Source: Phallusia mammillata (taxonomy: Eukaryota). From it: 64,000 bases of DNA. The notes beneath the pieces were generated by a model. That model made no database searches. It was not told the origin of the DNA and saw only the letters and a list, made by a program, of their open reading frames with translations. How positions within the stretch are numbered: position 1 is the first letter of the stretch; each line of letters opens with the position of its first letter. The position numbers and the translations under genes are program-made. The stretch lies in assembly GCA_965637545.1 (NCBI GenBank), contig OZ281498.1, positions 23,560,001-23,624,000 on the forward strand, given 5' to 3'. This document shows, in pieces, positions 16,901-31,900 of this stretch.

Positions 16901-19900
16901 GATACTCAGCAAAATTTTTCAAAAACAAAGCAACGACTTTACACGCTGTAACCAATATAAACGAGAAACATTGTCGCCAAAGCAGTCACCAAATGCTAGT
17001 TTAGGATGTAAAAGGTCCAGTGAAGATCTTTCCATGTCTTATAAATGTTTTTTATACCCAAGAAATCAAGTTGTTGACAATCAGTCTGCCTAACTTCTTT
17101 ACAAACCTTCACCCATAGCGTTATAACTCTGGGAATATAACCTATGAAGTTGATGAAATACCCAATTTTAAATGATCTTTGAATAGTTTAGCATCTATTA
17201 TGTAGTTTATTGTGAAGGAATGAAAATATTTTAGCTGGTAAGTAAAGGATTCGGCGATAAATGTTGGAAACCATTGCGTTATAACGAAAAAGAAAGTTGA
17301 ATTTCGCACAGACCTGCCCCTGAAGACGAACGCAAGAAAGGTTTTGTACTTTACTGTTGTCAAATACCGCAATGACGTCAAAACGATCGGCAAACACAAA
17401 ACACCTGCCATGAATATTGCAAAAACGGGGGGAACTCCCATCATATTTGCTGCTAGGCTCAGTAGCCTTACATTCTTGTGCAATACCGACAACCAAGATT
17501 CCAAAGGGACTAAAATAGTGGTTCTCAACATTTTTATGTATGCGGCGCATAAAAGAACTAAAATTTTCTTTCGCGGCACACTTTGCAGGTAAACAGAACA
17601 TGTTTGCACTTCAAAATTGGAAAAAAATCGCGGCACTCGGAAATCTCTAACGGTACACTAGTGTGTCGCGGCACTCAGTTTGAAATTCACTGGACTAAAA
17701 GCTTATGCAACATATTTTAGTGTAACAACTAATTGATACATCGGAGATACCTGCCAATTTACTGTTTTACTATATAGGCCTACGTGATTGGTCTACAATT
17801 TGAGCGTCAGGATTGGGTCATTGCTTGCATACCGGGTAGAAGTTTCTTGTTTTTACCACCAGCTGTGTAATGCAAAACGAACTTTATGTTAGCTAGTAGC
17901 ACCAAATGCTTTTTTATTAGCTGCTCAAATGAAGGATTACAGTCATTGAAAATACACGGGGGAAATTAAGACGAGTTAATACTGACAACGTCCTAATGTC
18001 TTTTTCATCTACACACAACTTGCCACTTTAATATGCGATTTCGCTCCACACAACGCGCCCCTATTCACAGCTTATTACAGTTTGCAAAGGTCAATTACGG
18101 GTTGACAAACTTTTGACCCCGTTAATAAATTAGATTTGTTTATGTGTGTCAAAATGGAACAGGGAAAACTGTTTGTAGTTTGGGTAATTTGGGAGCTGCA
18201 GTTTCAGTTATACTAGCTTCATAAACTCCTCTGCATTTTGTTACGATGTTATTTTAGACGATTTACGGTCTAAACCGGTGTCCGTTTCACCCTATAAATT
18301 TCCATGCTATGCATTTTTTAGTAATGGAAGGAATTATAGACAATGGTGAATATATATATAAAGAAGAAAGGGGCAAGGGATTTTTGCGGTCCCAGTGAAA
18401 CTTTTTTGGGGCTTCTACCGAAAAGTCGATCCCATTTTATTACTGTAAACACCAGTAATAATTATGTTCACCTAAAAGTTAAATTTGACCTCTAAGAGCA
18501 ATTCCAACCTTCTAATATCGAATTGCTTTCCTTTGTGAGATATGAAAAAGGGGAGAACAACAGCAGGAGATACCGCTGCAGACAAGCTCTAATTGAAAAA
18601 CGGCGTCTATAGGAATATTATTAGGCGAAATGAGACACCAAAATATAAATATTGATTAGTTTAATCCCATAGCAAAGGTCTTGTTTCCCTCAATAATAGA
18701 TCGTTTGCGTAAGTGCCTTGTTTGTGTTGAAGGTTGTGTTATGTATCATCTTATGTTGAAGGTTATGTTATTTTCATGAAATATAAATAGATCTGGCATA
18801 TCTTTTGAATTTTTGTTTCAGCATATCAAATTTACAACAACGTGTAATCTTATTGGCAAACCATTTTCGCTTAACAGTTACGCTAAAACGGCAAAAAAAA
18901 CTAGCATGCTTGGTTACTCACGGCCTTATGTGCAATCAATATGCCCTTAATCGACTTGTTCATGTATTCTTCATGACTGATAAATTTGCTCATACGCTTA
19001 AATTTCCAAAATTTTGTGGCAACTAACCGGCAACTTTCAAAAGCACACAGAAAAAGCTGTTTTCGTTCACAACGGTTCAAGCGGCGAAGAACAAAGATAT
19101 CACGTGTTGTTATTTTAGCCGGGGTCAAACCGCAAAAACTGGAAGGTCACTGTAGTTTATTGTCATGGATTTGACTAAATAAACAAACGACTCAGATTTT
19201 AGGCAACAGTAGTAGGCTAGGGATTAGGGTGCGATGTTCAATTACAGCTTTTTTTTCCAACGTTTGTGCAACGAAAGTAATTTTTTTTGCGGAGACTATA
19301 CGTACATCGAGGCTTAAGGCATAGGTTAGGTTCAAACCGTACTTTCGATTGTTGATTAGTTTATAGGTTTTGTATATTAATAATTTTCGCAAAACTGCAG
19401 TTTATAAGAGAAATTACAGTTTTTTAGTACTAGTGTATTGTAATATATTGGTTTATATTAGTGGTTCTTAACATGTGGGTATTTAATTTGACGTTTTAGT
19501 TACAGAATCATTTTGTCGTTATATGACGTCATACTTCTGTGAAGATTTTTGGAACTAAACAAAACTCATCTGGTTGTTATCAGGAAAAACTATAATAAAA
19601 AACGCACCAATGGTCCATATGTTGAACTGTGCATTTCAGTTTTAAACTGCATACGAGACTCCATTATATATAAAAAATGTACTTATAATAAAGTTTTTTA
19701 CCATGTTCCATTTCTTATTCAGCTTTGTGTGTGCAAATGCTTGGCGCTCGGTGTGGAATTCCCCGGAATCGAGAATCTGGCAAGAGTCACGTGTTCCTTT
19801 CCAACCAATAGCAAGGTCGCATTTTCACCAGGAGGATTTCCAACACCGTTGTGCTCTACCACAAAACTACGTTTGTGACGGAATAAACCATTGCGGCGAT

Positions 19901-22900
19901 CATTCGGATGAGTGCAACGACATGTGCGGGCCGGAGAAGAAATTTCTATGCGATAACGGAAGGTATGTTCGATTGTCAAGTTTAAAGTCTGGTTTAACAT
20001 GAAAATCAGAAAGAACTGAAACCAAAATATGAATGGGTTCTATTTAGCCAATTTCAGAGCAATGTTATCCTGTGTTAATTGTGTCTTAATATCAAATTGA
20101 AAATAACGTAAACTAGAGAGCACTCGTTTCTAACAAAAATTATAAGTCTAATAGGAGCAGTATGCCCTGTTGTTAAACGTATTATTTTTCACTTTTTATG
20201 TGTAACACTGGTTTGTGCAATGCGTTTGGTCAATAAAATGGGCTTTAAATTTATTCTAATTAGCACACATGTTAGTTAGTTATCTAAAATTGATCTTTCC
20301 AAAGTTTTGCCCCGAACGACCCAGCGGTTAACCCACAGGTTTCCAAAACGTATTTCTTAAAACGCAGTACACTTTCCTGGAATTTCGTAATTTGCTTTTT
20401 GGTGTGTTGTAAAGTATTTTTATTGTAAGCAGTAAGTATTATAATTATAAACCACATTCGAATCCAATTATTCTGTTCGCCACAAAATAAAGAACATTTA
20501 CTGGTATTGACAAAACTTTCTAGGAAACACGTTTGAGGCGTTCAATCCTAACAACAACATCCCTGATAGTTCAGATTTCTTTCCAAAGACATTTCCAAAC
20601 GCCGCACACCCCAAGCAGTCACCTAAAGCCCACTAAACAAATACAAAGCGATCAATTTTCTTGTCTGGAGCTGATTTAAAATCTAAGCTGTCGTTCCATT
20701 AAATAATCTTTAACGGAGTCTGTGCGGGCTATGTGGATGGCGTCATCTTTGTAAAACACAAATTTAACTGAAATCAATGAAAAAGCTGTTTGCGGGTGAA
20801 TCAATGTTACATCGTTGTGATTTCACTGGCATTTTAAGCAGGGTTACAAAGCTTTTTGGCCCCGATCCTCGTTATGTTCAAATAATAGTGTAAGTTTTCA
20901 GATTGTCGAAGCAAATTAAACCAATAAAGCCATTCCCAAACTGACACCAATAAAGCCATACCCAAACTGACAATAAAGTAATGTATGAGAAATCTGTATA
21001 AAACCCCTAAGCGGTCGAAACATTGGCGTGAAGTCTTCGATTTTGCTTTCACAGCCCTTGAACGAAATCCAATGTATTCGTATAATTTACAGCTTGAGAA
21101 CAGTGCTATTGGCAGCAACTTAATGGATTAAAAGGTGGCGGAGGCTTTACATTAACTATTCATGGCATTGAAAGGCGATAACATTTCTTTTATTGACTCT
21201 GACGCGTTTAATGTCGAAAGTAAGAAAAAGTGACAAGAGACTGATTTCACCACCTCTTGAACGTGATTTAAAAGTCGCGCCTTGTTTCAAAGAAAAAGCA
21301 AGTATAGGATTGTTAAGTCAATTATAGAAATTGAAAGTGTCTTTGTATCGATGTTCATAGCTCTTTTGAACTCTCTGCGAAAATGCAAACCTGTTGTGAA
21401 CTATTTATGTGGACTTTGCGAAACGTGCTATTTTTCAAGGTTTTTCCGTACTTAACTGTATAGACATGAACTGTAATTAAATATATTTTCGATCGAGGTA
21501 CAATTCTGCCAAGAAAGCGCCAAAAACGCTTGGTAATCACATTTTTATTGGTTGAATTAAGAGTCATATGTGAACGTAGTCACGTAGCCTGTACCCAAGA
21601 AGCAATAAATCGCACAATGAAATACTACTCTAGCCTTTGCGCTGCTATTAAACAAAATTGCCTCAACCGTTATAGAGTAAAGGTACACAAGGCATGGACT
21701 TGAAGAATAGTGCCAAAAAACTGGGGTCCTGGTTAAGAAACATATGTCGCATGAGTGGAACGAAATTTTTACGACCATGTTTAATCATCCGACCACCCAG
21801 TCAGACCGCAAGTTTACGATCAACTGAAATTGATATTACCCTGTTGAGTTCTCGCTGTAGTGTGTTCGGCAAACCGGAACGAACAGGTGGTGATATTTTA
21901 AATTAAGTTACTTCAGTTACAAGGCATCGAGTGAATAATGAACGTTTTTTTGTTTTTACTCAAACTCGCTTCGTTAACCGACTGGTTTTAAGTGAAACAA
22001 ACAAAATAAACTACTCCACAATACGGATCTTTATTGTTAAACAGTCAGCTAAACATGACACGCAGAGTAAATAACACAACAAAACAAGATTTAAATTGGG
22101 TTAGATTATGATTTATTGTGGCGTGGGTCCTGTATGTTTTGTATCAACTGAAGTCCATAAAATGGCATCTGAACATTGCCTTGTGCACAAACTAACCCTA
22201 ACGCGCTTAACACAATAAGAATTTTATCCAAGGCTAAATCATTCAAACGCCTTGCGCATGCGCAGTTACCTCACTATCGTTAAAACGAAATTACAAACAA
22301 TTGTAAGGTCACTAGTTTTTCCTAAAGCCTTGACCGTTCGATAATCAAATGCCATTTTAGCAGTGCCAAAGTGAAAAGCATCAAGCAATTCGATTTAAAA
22401 CACTCAGACACAACAATGAACGAGACTTATTCACGTTTTATTAACTGTCAATGCGAATTGATTTAAGATATCGATGGGTTTGTTATTGGCGGGGTGAAAG
22501 AATTGCCAAAGTGCGCGATCCCGTCGTGCGTTTCTGTAACTCTCAGAAAATTTATTGGTTGCCTAGCAGCAGGAATACATCACGTGGTTGCCCTAGTCAC
22601 TTTGTCAACTGCTATTTTGAACGTTGTATCCAGAATCATTAGATGTTTTTTATGGCTTTCAATGCAAATACGATCGAAAAAACGACCCACTTTCTATGTT
22701 GAAGCTTACGAGTGGAAAATCTGAACTTTTAGTTGGAGGCCAAAAAAAAACGAACTCCTGAAAAACACTAATAATAATTCGATTTTCCATCTATTTGAGA
22801 ACAAAAACGAAAAACCTCTTGACCTTTTCCCTAATTCTGTATAACAGTAGGTTAACAGAAACGAACCACAATTATTTTGTTCAAATCCCATGGGCCATCA

Positions 22901-25900
22901 ATTACTGGAGAAAAGACAACACAAATAAATATTATCGATTGTAGCACACAACGGCAAGGGGTGTAAATATTAGTGGTTACCGCACAATGGGGGTTTAAGT
23001 TTGTATAGGACAGAAAAACAGGCGAATTATTTACCTAAACTCGCTCAATCTTAATCTCACATTGGCTTTGGTGATGAAGTATTTGTTTTGGGCAATGAAA
23101 TGGAAAACCTTGGCCTCATTGGTGGTCTTGTTTTCTAGTAAACGAGTGGTCCGAAACAACCGCAGCATAGGTTTCACCAGGGGTGCAAAATAGCCAAAAA
23201 CTACATTAAACTATGTGCAGTATATTGTAAATCACGAGTCACCAGAGACTCAGTACGACAGATGGAGACAACAATCGTATATAATAACAGACTAAAAACT
23301 TTGACAAGTCTGAAGTCGTTCACCGTTTTATTTAGACATATAAGTTATATTTCACCTAAGTAATAGGCATCATCAGTATCTAAAGACAAACTGCGCTAAA
23401 CATAAAAAAACGGTGGACGACTTCAGACTTGTCAAAGTTTTCAGTCTGAAAAACTACATTAAATATATTTCTGTCCTTGTTGTTTCTTTAACAACCGAAG
23501 TTTAAACGTAAACCACCTAAAGAGTGATCGTACACTTTTAAAGGGGAGGGAGGTTGTTTAACATGGCAAGGTGACGAAATTATTCAGACCTACATTTTAG
23601 TGGCTGTTTTCGCCTGAAAGCAAAGTGATTTTAAAAACCGCAGTCGTTGACAAATAAGTTAATTTGCTGCGGCAAAGCGTCCTCCCTTTTCCCGCAGAAA
23701 TTCGTTTTCCATCGAACGAAATTGGCCGAGTCAAATTAATTGGAAAGAGGGTTAAACCGTCAACAGCTTTCACCATGGTCAATCAATGCAGTTTAAGTGT
23801 ACGAACTTGTCGCTTTTAAAGCATCTAAAACAGTGTTTCTTAACCTTTTTTAGCGCTCGTACCCTTTGAGATTTCGTAAAATTTTCTCGTACCCCCTGTC
23901 TACAATGGCCGACGGAAGTAAATAAAATTGTATTAATAGGAATTAAACTCAGTGTATATATAACTTGGGTGTTGAATGCATGCATGAAAACAGTATTGTA
24001 AGTAGGACAAAACTAACCCGTTCTGGATACTGTATATAACAAAGTAACTTGTTACGCATTCTTTACAAATATGCCTAAATAGCATATAATTTCACCCTGC
24101 ATGTCGTACCCCCTGCTTTGATGCTTCGTACCCCTGGTTAAGAACCCCTGACCTAAAACTTTCACGCAAAAAAACAAATCAGTTTAATTGTGATGTATAA
24201 AATTTGAACCTTAGAAAACACCTCAAAATAAAATTCCAAATTTCATTTCCCAACAATTCCCCAAAATTACATAAATAGCTAGTTACTTTTTTTAAATTAA
24301 AAATTAGGATTTGGGAATGTAGAAAAGCCCTTGTTTTCTTTTTTGGTGTCAGTTGGCGAAATGCGAGTGATACAAATTCTGATTGCATGTACTTCTACTA
24401 GTCATATGCGAGCTTCAGACCTAAACCTCCTACATTTTAACCTTATCACACACCTCAGCCTAATACCCCAAATTTTGTTTCCCAACAATTCATAAAAATT
24501 ATGCATATATTATTTATTATTTTGGAAAACAGATCACGTACAGTTAGGATTTGAGGGTACAGAAAAGCATTTTGCCTATGTTGGTTGCACATGGCAAATT
24601 TATACAATTGATAAAAAATGTCTTAGTGTGTTTCTAAGTTTAAGCTCTGCACCAACAATGGTTTACCTATTTTTGTCATTTTAAAAAATGAGCACAATTT
24701 TTTTATATTTGTAGTAAGATCAGTTGTACAAAATAAAGAGTAGGACTGTCTTTTAATAATATTTTGTCTGATTAAACCCTTATATACCGTTTGGCATTAT
24801 TTAGCAAATATACATACTCTTGTCATGAAATCCACATGTCAGTTTGATATAAGACGGCGACGTAACCAATTATTTTTGACATCCAGATGTATTTCTCAAG
24901 CAAACGTGTGCGACTGGCGGGATGACTGTGGTGACGGAAGTGACGAAAGAGCCCCAGGATGTAACAAGTCTTTTCCTTGTGACGACGGTAAGTCATCTAG
25001 TCAAATACACACAACCCTACCAAACTTACTGCAAACCGATATTAATAAATCGTAGCACAAAAGTTTGTCTCATATCTCCAAATTTTGACCCATACCCAAA
25101 AGCACGCAATTAAACATTTTGGATACGACGTTAGACCCAAAAAGATTATCCCAAAGACCCAAAACAGCAACAACAATTGTACACCAACAGACGCATACCC
25201 CAAAATTATTCCAAACCCCTAAAATTTCACCCAGAATTGGCTAAAACATTTGTACCAACAAAGACCCATACCCCAAACATCCAAAATCAAGTCGAACGTA
25301 GTAGGAAATCCCAAATACACCCAAAAATTGTTTGTGAAAAACCTGCACTATAAGAAAGAGTGTTCGAGAGACCTTTTCCTCGTCACTAAGACCATAACTA
25401 TTTGAATTATCGGTTCATCCCAATCCGTCGTTACATCTTTAATTAGGGGCCTGGGCGCCAAAGTGCAGTTGCTAAAGTATTGATTTTCGTGAAGGAATGC
25501 GGTTAGACGGGCGCAAAGCCAGGCTGTGACAGCTGGCTGCGAAAATGTATTTCTTGCTGAGAGACGGCTTTGTTCCTAAGGCCGAGAATTGTCAAACACG
25601 TCTGATCTGACCTTTTTATGCGTTAGGAGGAACCCCTTAGTGATAAAAAGAGCTTGATGGTCCACGAATGTCAATTTCAGGCTTTAGGTGTGCTTTTTAT
25701 GAACACATTTCGACGCCTGACGAATTTGAAGACATTTTTGCTTCCATGAAGAAAAAACGACCCCATTATTGTCTTTTTATTGAATTTGTCAGTGTTAAAT
25801 GGTTTCGTAAAACAGCAAGGATATCAAAAAAATCCTAGATTATCGATTTCGGATCTAATTATTACCAGTTACTGTTATATGCTATCAGTTATAATGTAAT

Positions 25901-28900
25901 TTTCATCTCAAAATAAAAAGCGCAGATGCTGTAGTGATGAATTCAGGCCTGTTTCAGATCACAGCAACCCGATTGACACCCCACCTGCAGCAAAATTAAT
26001 TTTGGAGCACCGCAAAAACACATAGCTAAAATTCATACAGATGGTACCGTCAAGTAATTGCTGAACGTGGAGAAAATCGGCGGTTGATATGCCCCAATGT
26101 TCATAACACCTGTGAAATATGCAATCCAGGGATTCCCAATTAGTCGATCGCTTTTGACTGGTCGATCTCCGAGTGATTCCAAAATTGTATTTTGATTACG
26201 TATTGTTTTGATTGAGTTTACAAAGATCGCTCACTGGACTGTTTATAGAAAGCTAGAAAAGTGACTGAGCACGTTCTGTCATTGCATATACACTATAATC
26301 TATTTTAAAACGTTAATATATTCCCTCCCTGCACTCTTTTTTGTCAGCCGGTACTATCACAAAAGTCATATTTTTCATCCGGTTCTGTTACAAAAAGTCT
26401 ATTGACAGTACAGGAATGCTTAGCGGTTCGCTGTAGAGATGTACCGAATATTCGGTTCGCCGAATTTATTCGGCCGAATCGGTCATTTTTGCGAAGATTC
26501 GGTTTCGGCCGAATAATTTGTTGCGATTCGGCCGAAACCGAATCTTTTACGAAAACAAATTTAAAACGTTAGACGTGTCTTTTCTGATTATTGAGGTACC
26601 ACGCAATCTTTCAAAAGCCCAAACATAACAAAAATCGCATCAATTTGTATCTCTTTCAACACATTATCGTTTTTCCCCAATGTAGTCAAAAAATAGTAAT
26701 TCATTGGCAGGTTGCCAATCATGCTTAAGGCAATTTTAAACCCCACAGAACTGAAATTAGGACGAAACACAACTATTCTGCACTATAGTTGCCTGGTAAA
26801 TAAACATTTTTTTCATGTCAAACGCATACTGAACGAAGTCGCGTGACGTCATAAATGATTCGGTTGATTCGGCCGAATTTATTCGGCAAAACCGCCGAAT
26901 ATTCGGTTTCGGCCGAATCGAAATTTAGCCGACTCGGTACAACACTAGTTCGCTGATCTCATACAATTTCGTGAGACGGTTCTATAGAACTGGTACGAAC
27001 TGGCTGAATCCCACCACTGCCAAAATTAATTTATAATGGTTCCCATATTAGCCATCGTCTTTTATAACCTTAGTTGTTTAATAGCACTGCTTATAGAAAG
27101 TTAAACCTAAATCACAATAAAAAGCTTTTTGTGTTAAGTACGTTATATTGGTAACTGTTCCCGAGATTTGCTAACAACCTGCTATACCTGCATTTTAATT
27201 TGTCTCAATGTCAGTTTGTTTCTTGGGAGAGCAGTATAATTTTATTTGTTTGCAGTAGGGAAAACGTTGAAATTTTTCGGCTGCGGTTAATATATTTTTA
27301 AAGTATTAAACCGGGGTTTTCTTGTACCAGGCAAAACATAATCGTTTCGCGGAGATTTTATAACCACCCGATGCGCCTAAACAGCAAGAAGTACAACAGC
27401 AATTCATTAGATTGTATGAAAACAATGTCTAAAATAATATGGACACATAAATCGACAACCCACGGCAAGAGATCAAGGGGAGGCAAAGACTGCAATATTT
27501 GGAGCGAATTTAACCTGCAGTTAATACCACATTTACTTTTCGATCCTGCTCGACAGAGCTGGAAAGAAATATGTGACATCGTCTAACCGCTAAGTGGATA
27601 ACACACTTATATTACGCGCCTGTACGTGACGAATCGTGTAAGTTTTGTTAAAAGAAACAATTCCCCATCATACATCAATTACCTTTGTTTAACGCAGGAT
27701 ATATGGGCACTTAGTTTTAAAACTAAATCTCACTTGTCTTGCATCCATCGAGATTTAATGAAAACAATTGGTCCCACGAAAACCACTTTGGCAATTAATA
27801 ATTAAACAAGCGCTTTCGACCAATGAGATTTAAAAAGCTTGCGACATTTTAAAAAGTGGCAACGGATTCACAGCTTTCAAACACGTGTCGTAAACAGATT
27901 TCATTGTACTCTCAGATTTAATGTAGAGTCTTTATGACTTGTAATTTAAGTCAATAGCAGGTCACGTACAAAGAGCCGTAACCGTTAAACCAATACACTA
28001 TAATGGGTACACACCTTATCTTGCATTTCGATCGTTTGATCTTTTGCCAAAAATAGCACCTGAATGATTCGCCATAGTTCAGGAGTGATCTAAACAAATA
28101 TTCCTGTTATTGCATAAATTAGTCAGTAATAAATAAATTATTTTGTTTAAACAAATAAGGCTACTTGAATTTGGTGTTTTCCATGGGTCACACGGTTTCA
28201 AATGAACATTAATACACACTTAAAAACAGAAAGAATATGACTTCCAAAGCAGTTGCTAATATGTCAGTACGAAATATTGGCCTGAGATATTTTTCTCATT
28301 ATAAATTCAAAATACAAGTTTATACACAAGAATAATAAAAGTTTAATCAAAAATATAACTGCCAGAGTACGTGTGTAAAGAATACGGTTATGTTTTTAAT
28401 CAAGTTACTTTTCAATTCCGTGTATAGTGTTCCTAAATAATACAAGTGTTATAACAGCTTCAGTTTTTGTATGATTTATTCGCAACTATTGGTCTGTATT
28501 GAGCGCAGGTAGTTCAAGACGATTTCTATGTGAGTACACTTGTATTATGTGCGACAGGATGTACTCTGGTCAACCCAGAAAACGTTTATGCATATAAACA
28601 ATATTCGCCTGATTGTTTACAATGTATATTCATGACCTGGCGTATTGTGATGTAAAATATGAATATCTACTCTGACTATTACAGGCACTCATATACCCTT
28701 CAACAAGTTTTGTGATGGGGTCGATGATTGCCCTGATGGAAGCGACGAAAAACATTTTGCCAACGCAACGACTGTCACGTGTTCAAACCGATACAACTTC
28801 TTCGATTTTCGCTGCGTGTTACCAAATATGTAAGTACCAACAACAAGTTTGCATATGCTGTTTACTGGGGAAAAACCTGCTTTGAATAGGAGGCAACAAA

Positions 28901-31900
28901 GTGTCACCATTGACCAACAAAATATACGTATATTCGGGTTATATTTCCTAAAGTGCATTTTAATTTAGTGTTACAATTTGACACGTACAAAGGCATATAG
29001 CTTGGGGTTATTTCCTATAGTATAATTCAAACTTCAACAAATGCACATAGTAGATTAGAATAATAGGCATATTCAAAAATCTGCCTGAAAATGTATTGAA
29101 CTATAATCACTGTAAAAACAAAGAGTTACTTTTGTTCACATCACAACTTAAAATGTTCCCGATAAGATGTAAATTTCGCCACTGACCGTATATGGGCATT
29201 GTAAGGTAATTATTCACATGGAACCAGTCAGTAGTGGGATTCAATTTTTTTGTCAGCCGGTTCTGTCACAAAAGTCATATTTTTCAGCCGGTTCTGTTAC
29301 AAAAAGCCATATTTCCATTGACAGTAACAAGCGATGCTAACCGGTTCGCTGATCTCATAAAATTCGTGACACGGTTCTATAGAACCGGCGCGAACCGGCT
29401 GAATCCCACCACTGCAACCAGTACCTTATGACAAAGCTAATTGTCCAAACGAGCAAAGCTAACAAGAACATGCAAGGAATTTAGGTTTTGGCGTTTATCC
29501 ATTAACTGAAACGTGTTTTATTGCAGCTTTCGCTGCGACGGCACAGAACAATGCCTACATCGGGAGGACGAGTGTACTGAGGATTGCAATTACTCTTTTC
29601 AATGCAAAGATGGAGGGTGTATAGTTGCACATAAGAAATGCGATGGAAGGTAAGTTTGTGTTGTGAAAGTTTACCAAAAACACGTTAAAAATCACTCCTA
29701 CATGGATTCTATGTGAATGGGGTTATTTTGAGAAGATTTTTTTGATAATTTTAATTATCTAACACAGGGGTGGGCAACATACGGCCCGCGGGCCGGATCC
29801 GGCCCGCGACGGGATTTTGAGCGGCCCGCGGACAGTTTCCGGTCCTACATGAAAACGTGGCCCGCGGTCACAGTCTGCCGCAATCCCCCATTACTTGCTT
29901 ACTACGTCAAATTACAGTTGTAACGCTCCCCAATAGCAAAAAAATTTCCCGCCGTTGTTACCATTGCACCATACGTCCATTGTTACGACATAACTACCAA
30001 CCTTGTGTGTGTCCTACTTTAACGGTTTTCTTTGTTTCCACACGTATAGCCTAGTTCAGGGGTGGGGAACCTGCGGCCTAAAGGCCACATGCGGCCTTTT
30101 AGGGCACTAAGTGCGGCTTTCGATGGCAAAATACATTTTTAAGATGTTGATATAACCGACTGCACCAGGCGCTGAAAAAAAATAGACAGAAACGTATTTT
30201 TGACCTTATTGCAGATTATTTTTTGATTAGTTCCAGGGCAGCGGTTTTCAAACAAGACCCATGTGGTCCCATAGTGGTACATAAAGCGATTTCCATAGTT
30301 AGGACTACCAAAAACTCCAGGTTCAGCAATTTCTAGGTTAAATAAATCCTGAATGTTGTAGTGAAGATGAAAATGTAGTGAGGAATTTTAATTAGCTGGG
30401 ACCGTAAGTTCTACAAACTATGAGGAAATAGCAAAACGACCATTCTGTAAGTCAAAAAGTTTGAACATCATTGCCCTTGGCCTGGAAAATAGTCTGTGTG
30501 GCCTACACGAGTGACGATAAATCGTTTGGTAGCCTTTATAAACAAAAAGGTTCCCCACCCCTGGTTTAGGTGGTCAAAAATCCGTTTTAAATCACTGGAT
30601 AAATACGCGATTAATGTATCGATTCATGAATCCGGCCCGCCAAGTGCTTCATTTTCCCATATCAGGCCCGCCAACTGGAGAAGTTGCCCGCCCCTGATCT
30701 AACACAAGTATAGTCAATATTGTAACGACACAATTCTTCTCTAAGTCTGCCCGATTAAAGGCTCCTAAAGCGGTTTTGCAGCTCGGTCTTGCTTCCATTC
30801 AGAAAGAAAAACTCGACTTAACCCGAGTAACTGCTGCTAGGATTCGACTCGAGTTTACGAGCAAAAAATAGATAACTCCACTCGGGATAGATTTCAATAA
30901 TTGGAAATACCAAACACTTTTGCCCTGACCGTGGGATTGCAATTGCTCTGCTTAACGAGTTGACAGTCATTAAAAGAACTATGTAGAGATAATAATGGCG
31001 CAGAAAAACCTCCGAATCCAATTCAACCAACAACTGTTGTTTTGAATTTTACCCGTGGCCTGTTGGAATCGTCGAATTCTTATTCAAATAGAATTGGAGC
31101 TTTGTAATTTTATCTTTTAAGGGCCGACTGTGCTGATATGAGCGATGAATGTGGTGAAGTTAATTGTGATGAGGTATTTGAATGTGACGACGGCGCTTGC
31201 TTATCATTAGACCGATTCTGCGACGGAGTAAAACACTGCGCTCATGGGGAAGATGAAATCGATCAAGTCGAGAAAGGTAATGATCCGACTGGCTCATTAT
31301 TTAGAAGTTGTCAAGTATTGGATGAGGTCAGTTTCACTGGTTCTACATTGATAAATTAGGGCAGTGGGGATTGTAGATTAGGTTAGTTAGGCTTAACCCT
31401 TTCACTGCGCCAGGACAAACGATGGACCCGAAGACTAGTCCATTGTAAATCGCGATAGAACACAAACTGGTACGAACTTCCGAACTGGGGTGCATTTGAA
31501 AGCTCATGCACAATGGCTTCTAAGTTATATGTGTATAAAAAGGAAACGAATTCAGTAGTAAAAAGGTTAACTCCTTGCAAAAACAAAAGTGTGGTTGAAG
31601 AAAACATGTTATTTGTGTCACATGCAGTGCTCAGCATGTAACAAGTGTTTTTTTATCATAACTGACATAAATACTGCTGTAACGGTGCACTTTGTAAAAA
31701 AATTCATGGTAGTAGTGCGTTTTGTAGGCTTTTATGTAAAGGCTTTTCAATCAAACTTTCAGGCCTAAAGGGGCTTCTCAAAAACGATTTGAGATGGGCC
31801 GGGTTTCGGGCTTGTATTTTAGGGTTTGGATTTGAATTTCGGACCCGTTTACAACTATGGTTTGGTTAGTACAGTTGGTAGTGCAGAAGTTTCGTTTCAA

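Noticed and set aside
17142-17636. Overlapping 164-aa and 137-aa minus-strand ORFs in a GPCR intron
   Set aside because: Non-ATG or weak starts, no recognisable motifs, and adjacent to a hAT MITE end.
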